The notes under the pieces were generated by a model. It ran no database searches, was not told the origin of the DNA, and was given only the letters and a program-made list of their open reading frames with translations. A stretch of 64,000 nt of DNA from an uncultured Rikenellaceae bacterium (lineage in GTDB: Bacteria > Bacteroidota > Bacteroidia > Bacteroidales > Rikenellaceae): contig CASEGL010000006.1 in assembly GCA_949287525.1 (NCBI GenBank), forward strand, positions 13,795 through 77,794, in the 5' to 3' direction. Made by a program: the position numbers and the translations under genes. Every line of letters starts with the position of its first letter. Positions within the stretch are counted from its first letter, which is position 1. Below, in pieces: positions 57,271 to 64,000 of the stretch.

Positions 57271-57302
57271 CAAAGTTAACGGTTATTTCAGGAAAACGCA
57301 AA
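57271..57302 (-). promoter_or_regulatory. Bacteroidota sigma-A type promoter TTTG-N20-TAACTTTG for the pyr operon
   Basis: The minus strand reads TCTTTGCGTTTTCCTGAAATAACCGTTAACTTTGCACC. The -33 TTTG is at 57299-57302 and the -7 TAACTTTG is at 57271-57278. Confidence 0.5.
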
Positions 57303-57372
57303 GACTTCTCCGTAATTTTTCGGCAACTCTTCCGAAACCATTTCGTCACTGCCCGCACAACCGTTCCGCACC

Positions 57373-58113
57373 TCAATCGGCGTCATCCCCCGCATGCCGT
57401 TTCCAGTCCTGCATCGGCACCTCGACCAGCAGCAACCGCGATGCCGCCACCGCCCGTACCTCCAGCCGGCCGACCCCCGTTACACCGACGGCATCCCGCG
57501 CAGCCAGTACGGTATCCGCCATCTCGACCTCGCCGTCAATCAGAAACGCATAACAACCGTTGCCGTCCCTGTGCAGCGGATACTGCACGCACGCACCTGC
57601 CTCCAGTTCGATCCGGCTGATCCAGGCATCCTGATTGAGCGGCAGCACCTCTTCGCCCCCGTCGGGCGAAGCCACCGGCTGCCACGTGTTCCATGCCGCC
57701 GGGGAGGGCTTGACATAATGGTAGGCAGGAGGCAGTTCGTATCGCCGCGGAAATATCCACAGCACCAGATAGCGTGCTTCCTCCTGCTTACTGCAGTTAT
57801 AGAGCGTATGGCTGATACCAGTACCGGCACTGATGACATCCGCCTGTCCGGCCGTCAGGGTCACCGCATTGCCGAGGTTGTCGCCGTAGACCACAGCTCC
57901 CTGCAGCGGCACCGTCACAATTTCCATATTGTCGTGCGGATGGGCAGCCACCCCTTCACCGCCGAGCAACACCACTTCATTCAGGACGCGCAACGCCCCG
58001 AAATTGATCCGACGGGGATCATAATAGCCGGCAAAACTGAAGTTGAAATAACTTCGCTGCCAGCCGCCGTCCGCATACCCGCGGCTTTCCGCCCGATGAA
58101 TTACCCGTTCCAT
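57373..58113 (-). CDS. pirin family protein
   Basis: Starts MERVIHRAESRGYADGGWQRSYFNFSFAGYYDPRRINFGALRVLNEVVL...AAHPHDNMEIVTVPLQG. Bicupin size of 246 aa. Confidence 0.85.
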   Translation of the reverse strand: MERVIHRAESRGYADGGWQRSYFNFSFAGYYDPRRINFGALRVLNEVVLLGGEGVAAHPHDNMEIVTVPLQGAVVYGDNLGNAVTLTAGQADVISAGTGISHTLYNCSKQEEARYLVLWIFPRRYELPPAYHYVKPSPAAWNTWQPVASPDGGEEVLPLNQDAWISRIELEAGACVQYPLHRDGNGCYAFLIDGEVEMADTVLAARDAVGVTGVGRLEVRAVAASRLLLVEVPMQDWKRHAGDDAD

Positions 58114-58475
58114 ACTCTCTGCCTTTTAGCCCGTCGTTCCACAATGCTTCATTACGCATCCGTCGTGCAGCTAATAGGAAGGAAAACAAAAATCATTCCA
58201 TTTCTGCACCGTTTTTTCCAAAAAACGCCTGCAACCATTGTAGCTGACGCTACAGTTGCCCCTTCATTAATTTACAAACGTTTTCACTGTCAATTTCTTA
58301 TTATACCGGCATCCATCGCCAAAGAAACAACACAATCGGACGCTAAAAAAACACACGCGGTTCACTTTCCGCCGCATCCGCCTCCCCCCATAACGGTTTT
58401 TCCGCATCGCGCTTTCATGCGAATTACCGGTTCCCTTCAGCCGAAGCGCCCGAAAAAATCGCTTACTTTGCCTTT

Positions 58476-59273
58476 ATGAAAAGCGTCTATACCGTTTTGG
58501 GCAGCGCCATGCTGCTGATAGGCATCATCGGCATCTTTCTGCCGCTGCTTCCCACCACCCCATTCCTGCTGCTGGCCGCCTGGTGCTATTGCAAGAGTTC
58601 GAGCCGGCTCTACGGCTGGCTCATGGGACATCCCGTGCTGGGCGGCTACATCCGTGACTACCGCGACAAACGCGCCATCACCCTCTCCGGCAAGATCGTC
58701 TCGCTCGCCCTGCTGTGGGGTACCCTGCTCTACTGCATCGGCTGGGTAGCCGACCCGCTGTGGCTGCGACTGCTTCTGGGAGCCATTCTGCTCGGCGTCA
58801 CGCTGCACATTCTCTCGTTCCGCACCCTGCGCCGAGACGAACACCTGCGCATTATCCCTGCCGACACACCGCGGCGCACTGCCCGCCGCGACGCACTGAT
58901 CACCCTGCTGCGTCAGGAACGGAGCCTGCCCGACACTTTGACGCCGACTTCCTCGCACGTCTGCTTCCTGCTCCACGCCGAGGGTCGGGATGCCGGATGC
59001 GCCTTTTTCCGACCCGGCACGGCCGGCCGGCTCCATATCGACGGCATCTTCCTGCGTCAGGACGCCCGCGGCAAGGGCTATGCCCGCGAGACGTTCACCT
59101 TCGCCGAATACTATTGCAAACGTTACGGATTCCACACCCTCTGCGCGGATCTTGACAGCCGTAACGGACGGGCCATCGCCGTCCACGCCAAAAGCGGCTT
59201 TCTCATCACCGCCACCCATACCGACAACCTGGGGAACATCCGTTATATTATGGAACGCACGGTCAGCCTCTGA
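58476..59273 (+). CDS. YbaN/DUF454 membrane domain fused to a GNAT acetyltransferase domain
   Basis: The N-terminal 115 aa, GIIGIFLPLLPTTPFLLLAAWCYCKSSSRLYGWL..., is the YbaN signature. The C-terminal ...LHIDGIFLRQDARGKGYARETFTFAEYYCKRYGFHTLCADLDSRNGRAIAVHAKSGF is a GNAT core with a Q/RxxGxG/A-like motif. Confidence 0.7.
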   Translation: MKSVYTVLGSAMLLIGIIGIFLPLLPTTPFLLLAAWCYCKSSSRLYGWLMGHPVLGGYIRDYRDKRAITLSGKIVSLALLWGTLLYCIGWVADPLWLRLLLGAILLGVTLHILSFRTLRRDEHLRIIPADTPRRTARRDALITLLRQERSLPDTLTPTSSHVCFLLHAEGRDAGCAFFRPGTAGRLHIDGIFLRQDARGKGYARETFTFAEYYCKRYGFHTLCADLDSRNGRAIAVHAKSGFLITATHTDNLGNIRYIMERTVSL

Positions 59274-59303
59274 CACGTCACCGTTCCGCAACCGCAACCG
59301 CCC

Positions 59304-60074
59304 ATGATTTTCTATTTCTCCGCCACCGGCAACTCCTACTGGATCGCCCGCCTCCTGGGCGAGCATTTCGCCCTGCCTCTTGTCTCCGTAACGGAGGCCG
59401 CCAGGAAAGGCGCCTACCGCTACGACGTCTCCGCCTCCGAGCGGCTGCTGTTCGTCTTTCCGGTTCACTCGTGGGGGCCGTCCCTCTCCATGCTCTCGTT
59501 CATCCGGCGCATGGAGCTGACCGGATACGCCGGCCAGCCGGTTCATGCCGTCTGCTCGTGCGGCGACAATTGCGGACGCACCGACCGCATCCTGCAGCGC
59601 GCCCTCCGGAAACGGGGACTCACGCTGCTCGGCACCTATTCGGTCACGATGCCCAACAGCTACATCCTGCTGCCATCGTTCGACATCGATCCGGAGCCTG
59701 TCGCCGCACGGAAACTGGCCGAAGCCCCCGCCCGCGTGGAGGCAATCATCCGAGCCATCGAAACGGGACACGGGGATCCGTCTCTCTACCACGCCGGCCG
59801 GTTTGCCCCGCTGGAGAGCCGGCTGGTCTACCCGCTGTTCCGCCGGTTCATCCGCGGCCGCACCCGCTTTCACGCGACGGACGCCTGCATCCGCTGCGGT
59901 CTCTGCGTCACCGTCTGCCCGGAGGGCAACATCCGCATGGAGGGCGATCGCCCCGTCTGGAGCGACCGGTGCGTCCAATGCCTTGCCTGCATCCACCGCT
60001 GCCCGACCCGCGCCGTGGAGGACGGCACGAAAACCCAGAACAAAGGCCGTTACAGGAATCCCGAAGTCTGCTGA
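59304..60074 (+). CDS. EFR1-type flavodoxin-like protein with C-terminal 4Fe-4S ferredoxin domain
   Basis: The N-terminus MIFYFSATGNSYWIARLLGE is flavodoxin-like. The C-terminus has CIRCGLCVTVCPEGN and CVQCLACIHRCP. Confidence 0.75.
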   Translation: MIFYFSATGNSYWIARLLGEHFALPLVSVTEAARKGAYRYDVSASERLLFVFPVHSWGPSLSMLSFIRRMELTGYAGQPVHAVCSCGDNCGRTDRILQRALRKRGLTLLGTYSVTMPNSYILLPSFDIDPEPVAARKLAEAPARVEAIIRAIETGHGDPSLYHAGRFAPLESRLVYPLFRRFIRGRTRFHATDACIRCGLCVTVCPEGNIRMEGDRPVWSDRCVQCLACIHRCPTRAVEDGTKTQNKGRYRNPEVC

Positions 60075-60212
60075 CCCCATCGCCGCCGCACCGCCCCTGC
60101 CCCGACGGACCGGCAGAAAAACCCGATGCCGTAACGGACTTTGGACACTTCTCCCTATCTTTGCCAGTTGTCGGCTGCCCATGCTGCCGCCTCCACCCAT
60201 TCCGACAGAGTT

Positions 60213-61496
60213 ATGAAAACCATATCCCTCATTCCGCTGCCCGTTCTGCTGCTGACGCTTCTGCTGTCGGCCTGCACCAATGGCAATCAAGGTTATGTCC
60301 GTATTCCAGACGACCTGCGCAACATCACGCTGATCGGCACGAACCCCAAACAAGTCACGCTGGATGCCAGCGACGACTGGTACGTGCGCATCTTCTACGA
60401 GAAAGGCGACACGCTGCGCTGGCTCAACGCCACCCCCCTGTCGGGTACGGCTGCGGCCACATCCGTAACCCTCACGGCCAAAACGCCTAATTACGGCAAC
60501 GAACCCCGTCACGCCGAGGTGCAGTTCAAGCTGCCCGGCAACGCAGGAACCGTTATTCGGGTCACCCAGCAGACCTCCCCGAAACCGCAACCGCTGACCA
60601 TGCTGACCCGCAGCCTTTCCGGCGCCACGCTGGAAGGCCCCGCCCAGCTGACCTTCGAGTATGACGAGGAGACGGAAAACACGCCCGTTTTCTCGGACGG
60701 CACCTACCGCTATGCCGTCACCCGCGGTTCCTCGATCGGCTCCATCGCCACCTACCTGCCCGACAACTCGTCCAGCCAGTTCAGCTTCTCGGAGGTAAAC
60801 GGCCGAATCACTTCCTGCGGTCCGATGCAATGGGAATTCAGCGACTACAACACGGGCATCCTGATGCAGCGGTCAAAAGTCACTTTCACCTTCAGCTATG
60901 ACCGCAGCGAAGACAAAAAACTGGCCAGCATCGTCCGCGACGAGGAATTCACCGTCGAGGAGGGCATCACCCTTGACCAGAGCCGCAAGCAATCCGAGAT
61001 TTACGAATTCGCCTACGACAACCTGCGGATCATCAGCATCACCCACACCCTGCCCTACGAATCGTCGCAGCCGACCGCCAGCCGCTCCAAACTGGTCTAC
61101 ACCTTCACCTATCCGGAGGACGACGCCGACATCCAGGAAAACAACCTCACCACCAACATCTGGGACATGATCGTCATGCCCGGCATGCAGGGTACGCCGT
61201 TCTATTCGCTGACCGGCTACGGCATTTTCGGACTGACCGGCGACACGCAGGGCAACTTCCCGCTCAGCGCCCAGGTCGAGTACATACCGCCTGCCGCGGA
61301 CGAGGGAACCGATACGGCTGCGGCCGCATCGCTGCCCCAACAGGTAACCTATACCTTCACGCGCGACAACAACTCGGCTCTGACCGGCGCACAGACCGTC
61401 ACGACCTATACGGATCACTCCGAAACGGCAGCCCTCACCTTCTCCTACACCCCCATCGAGACACCCGACTCTCCGGAAGGGGACCCCGCCGAGTAA
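60213..61496 (+). CDS. lipoprotein with BACON-like N-terminal domain, unknown function
   Basis: ATG 60213 gives MKTISLIPLPVLLLTLLLSAC-TNGNQG (lipobox). The segment DASDDWYVRIFYEKGDTLRWLNATPLSGTAAATSVTLTAKTPNYGNEPRHAEVQFKL...VIRVTQ resembles BACON domains. Confidence 0.6.
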   Translation: MKTISLIPLPVLLLTLLLSACTNGNQGYVRIPDDLRNITLIGTNPKQVTLDASDDWYVRIFYEKGDTLRWLNATPLSGTAAATSVTLTAKTPNYGNEPRHAEVQFKLPGNAGTVIRVTQQTSPKPQPLTMLTRSLSGATLEGPAQLTFEYDEETENTPVFSDGTYRYAVTRGSSIGSIATYLPDNSSSQFSFSEVNGRITSCGPMQWEFSDYNTGILMQRSKVTFTFSYDRSEDKKLASIVRDEEFTVEEGITLDQSRKQSEIYEFAYDNLRIISITHTLPYESSQPTASRSKLVYTFTYPEDDADIQENNLTTNIWDMIVMPGMQGTPFYSLTGYGIFGLTGDTQGNFPLSAQVEYIPPAADEGTDTAAAASLPQQVTYTFTRDNNSALTGAQTVTTYTDHSETAALTFSYTPIETPDSPEGDPAE

Positions 61497-61515
61497 GCGC
61501 CGCACAACGCATCAT

Positions 61516-61555
61516 GCAGACAGGCTCCGGACAATGTTGTCCGGAGCCTGTCTGC
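61516..61555 (+). terminator. 19-bp perfect inverted repeat after the lipoprotein gene
   Basis: GCAGACAGGCTCCGGACAA (61516-61534), TG, TTGTCCGGAGCCTGTCTGC (61537-61555), 20 nt after the stop. No U-run follows, so it is not a classical intrinsic terminator. Confidence 0.5.
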
Positions 61556-61661
61556 CTTCTGCCCCCTTCGGTCTCTCCGCACCTTGCGGCACGACAGGCC
61601 GGACCCGCAACAGGCATTCGCGGAACAGGTTGCCGTCTGCTCCATTTTCCCAAATCGGATT

Positions 61662-61692
61662 TTTGACCAAACCCTGATTTAAACTACCTTTG
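61662..61692 (+). promoter_or_regulatory. consensus promoter TTTG-N19-TACCTTTG, 267 nt upstream of the RND operon
   Basis: TTTG at 61662-61665, a 19-nt spacer, then TACCTTTG at 61685-61692. Confidence 0.4.
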
Positions 61693-61918
61693 CAGCCAGA
61701 ATTTACAGAAGCGAGATACCGTTTCCGCAGGCGGCCGACCATCAGAGCCGCTTTTGGTGTTTCGGAAGTTCCTCCGCACAATTTAATCGGCATCCTTCTG
61801 CAATAAAATCCGTTTTTTACCGTATTCGTTATATTCGATCGGGCAAATACCTGCATAATGTTCCGTAAATGGATGGATTTGTGCCGAAAGCGACCATGTA
61901 AAGGAGGCCAGGAAAACT

Positions 61919-61926
61919 TACCTTTG
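61919..61926 (+). promoter_or_regulatory. second -7 box (TACCTTTG) 33 nt upstream of the RND adaptor ATG
   Basis: Reads GGAAAACTTACCTTTGAACTC. No -33 TTTG at the proper spacing. Confidence 0.35.
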
Positions 61927-61958
61927 AACTCAAAAAATTATTATATATAAGTAAGGTT

Positions 61959-63167
61959 ATGAAAATATCGAAACAGCTGTTGTTATGCGGTAGTCTGATC
62001 GCACTCGTGGGATGCGGCCAGAAAAATCAGACCGCACCCGTTACCGGTTACAACCTGGTGACGCTACAACCCGAAGACCGCACCATCTCCACCAGTTACT
62101 CGGCCACCATCCAGGGTCGCCAGGACATCGCCATCTATCCCCAGGTCTCCGGCTACATCACCAAGCTGGCCGTCACCGAGGGTCAGAAGGTCAAAAAGGG
62201 TCAGACCCTGTTCATCATCGACCAGGTTCCCTACCAGGCAGCACTGAACACCGCGATAGCCAATGTCAAGGCAGCCGAAGCCTCGCTGGCCACCGCCAAA
62301 CTGACCTATGAAAACAAGGAAAAGCTGTTCGAGAAGAATGTCATTTCGGATGTCGATCTGACCACGGCGCGCAACAGCTACCTGACCGCACAGGCCCAGC
62401 TGGCGCAGATGCAGGCTCAGGAGGTCAATGCCCGCAACAACCTCTCCTATACGGACGTGACGAGTCCTGCCGACGGTGTAATCGGCGTACTGCCCTACCG
62501 TGAGGGCGCGCTGGTCAGCGCCTCGCTGCCCCAGCCGCTGACGACCGTATCGGACAACTCCCAGATGTACATCTACTTTTCGATGACCGAGAACCAGCTG
62601 CTCAGCCTGCTGAAGGAGTACGGCTCCAAGGAGAGCGCCATCGCCGAGATGCCGGCCGTGGAACTGAAGCTGAGCGACGGCTCCATTTACGGCACGAAGG
62701 GCCGCATCGAAGCCATCAGCGGCGTGATCGACCGTTCGACCGGTACGGTCAGCCTCCGCGCCGTCTTCCCCAACGCCGAAAACCTGCTCCACAGCGGCGG
62801 CGTGGGTAACGTGGTGATCCCGACCGAAAAGACCGGTGCGCTGGTCATCCCGCAATCGGCCACCTATGAAATTCAGGACAAACGCTTCGTATATAAAGTC
62901 GTAGACGGCAAAGCCCAGTCGGCCCCCGTCCAGGTAACCCGCGTGAACGGCGGCACTGAATTCATCGTTGACGAAGGTCTGGCCGCCGGCGACGTGATCG
63001 TGGCCGAAGGCGTAGGTCTGCTCCGCGAAGGTACCCCCATCACCCCCAAAACAGCCGGCGCTAATACCGCCGCCGCATCCGCAACCCCCGCTGCCCCCGC
63101 AACCGAACCGACCGCTACGGCTGCAGCCGACTCCACTGCGGATAACCAAACCACCAAGGAGGACTAA
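61959..63167 (+). CDS. RND efflux periplasmic adaptor (membrane fusion) lipoprotein
   Basis: Starts MKISKQLLLCGSLIALVGC-GQ (lipobox). ATIQGRQDIAIYPQVSGYITKLAVTEGQKVKKGQTLFIIDQVPYQAAL is a typical AcrA/MexA lipoyl-hairpin region. Low-complexity Ala/Thr tail. Confidence 0.9.
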   Translation: MKISKQLLLCGSLIALVGCGQKNQTAPVTGYNLVTLQPEDRTISTSYSATIQGRQDIAIYPQVSGYITKLAVTEGQKVKKGQTLFIIDQVPYQAALNTAIANVKAAEASLATAKLTYENKEKLFEKNVISDVDLTTARNSYLTAQAQLAQMQAQEVNARNNLSYTDVTSPADGVIGVLPYREGALVSASLPQPLTTVSDNSQMYIYFSMTENQLLSLLKEYGSKESAIAEMPAVELKLSDGSIYGTKGRIEAISGVIDRSTGTVSLRAVFPNAENLLHSGGVGNVVIPTEKTGALVIPQSATYEIQDKRFVYKVVDGKAQSAPVQVTRVNGGTEFIVDEGLAAGDVIVAEGVGLLREGTPITPKTAGANTAAASATPAAPATEPTATAAADSTADNQTTKED

Positions 63168-63170
63168 TCC

Positions 63171-64000
63171 ATGAATCTGAGACACTTTATAGAACGCCCC
63201 GTATTTTCATCGGTCATCTCTATCTTGATCGTCATTGTAGGGGTTATCGGGCTGTTCACTCTGCCGGTAGAGCAATTCCCCAATATAGCCCCCCCAACAG
63301 TCCAGGTTAGCACCACATATTTCGGAGCTAATGCCGAGACTATTCAAAAGAGCGTGATCGCACCCCTCGAAGAGGCTATCAACGGTGTAGAGGACATGAC
63401 CTATATGACCTCTACTGCCACGAACTCCGGCAGCGCTTCCATTACGATTTATTTCAAGCAGGGGGTCGACCCCGACATGGCGGCGGTCAACGTGCAAAAC
63501 CGCGTCTCCAGAGCTACGGGTCAGCTGCCTGCCGAAGTCACCCAGGTCGGCGTGACCACCTCCAAACGGCAGACCAGTATCCTGCAGATGTTTTCGCTCT
63601 ACAGTCCTGACGATTCATATGACGAGACTTTTCTTGCCAACTATGTAAGTATTAACCTCAAACCCGAAATCCTGCGTATTTCGGGAGTAGGTGACATGAT
63701 GGTTCTTGGCGGCGACTACAGCATGCGCATATGGATGAAACCGGATGTCATGGCTCAATACAACCTGGTTCCGTCTGATGTGACCGCTGTCCTGGCTGAA
63801 CAAAACATCGAATCGGCCACCGGTTCGTTTGGCGAAAATTCCGACGAGACCTACCAGTATACCATGAAATACCGTGGACGTCTCATTCTGCCAGAAGAGT
63901 TCGGCGAAATCGTCATCCAATCGACAGAAGACGGGGAAGTACTGAGACTCAAGGACATTGCAGACATCGAACTGGGCCAGGAAAGCTACGCCTACCATGG
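63171..64000 (+). CDS. RND efflux permease (AcrB/MexB family), N-terminal part, continues beyond window
   Basis: ATG 63171 gives MNLRHFIERPVFSSVISILIVIVGVIGLFTLPVEQFPNIAPPTVQVSTTYFGANAETIQKSVIAPLEEAING... The frame is open to the window end. It is absent from the ORF track because it has no stop. Confidence 0.9.
   Translation, partial: MNLRHFIERPVFSSVISILIVIVGVIGLFTLPVEQFPNIAPPTVQVSTTYFGANAETIQKSVIAPLEEAINGVEDMTYMTSTATNSGSASITIYFKQGVDPDMAAVNVQNRVSRATGQLPAEVTQVGVTTSKRQTSILQMFSLYSPDDSYDETFLANYVSINLKPEILRISGVGDMMVLGGDYSMRIWMKPDVMAQYNLVPSDVTAVLAEQNIESATGSFGENSDETYQYTMKYRGRLILPEEFGEIVIQSTEDGEVLRLKDIADIELGQESYAYH

Noticed and set aside
58463-58470. TTACTTTG just upstream of the YbaN-GNAT ATG as a -7 box
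   Set aside because: It has a mismatch at the conserved A of TAnnTTTG, and it lies only 5 nt from the ATG.
58437-60830. 797-aa minus-strand ORF spanning three plus-strand genes
   Set aside because: It overlaps three well-supported plus-strand genes (YbaN-GNAT, EFR1-type protein, lipoprotein). Its composition is Gly/Ala/Arg-rich and it has no motifs.

Overview
GC-rich (about 60% by eye) Bacteroidota-type chromosome segment. Evidence for the phylum: TTTG-N19/20-TAnnTTTG promoter motifs, T9SS C-terminal sorting domains and no Shine-Dalgarno dependence. There are four blocks. (1) 1-19.8 kb holds a MATE exporter, an OsmC-like protein and a 16.4-kb head-to-tail array of six intact paralogous S8 subtilases, each with a lipobox signal and a T9SS C-terminal domain, followed by hslR. 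(2) 19.9-35.2 kb is a cryptic phage-derived region in two pieces. One is a structural block: connector-like, portal, capsid, ClpP-like protease/scaffold, a 785-aa structural protein and small proteins. The other is a terminase plus CI/LexA-like repressor block. They are separated by cellular-looking genes (rnhB, a polytopic membrane protein, an AraC regulator). Several phage genes carry frame changes at G/C runs or in-frame TAG codons. I saw no integrase, tape-measure, lysis or replication genes. (3) 35.5-37.2 kb is a YidE/YbjL-type transporter interrupted by one in-frame TAA. (4) 37.7-57.1 kb is a same-strand nucleotide-biosynthesis supercluster, purE-K-L-C-F-M-N-H-D-folD preceded by pyrC-K-D-F-E-B. 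PyrB carries a fused PyrI-type zinc domain, and the pyr leader looks like a leader-peptide/terminator attenuator. The window ends with pirin, a YbaN-GNAT fusion, an EFR1-type flavodoxin/ferredoxin protein, a BACON-like lipoprotein and the start of an RND efflux operon. I recognised no tRNA, rRNA, CRISPR array, IS element or transposase. All calls rest on reading the ORF translations and the nucleotide sequence by eye; no database search or alignment program was run.
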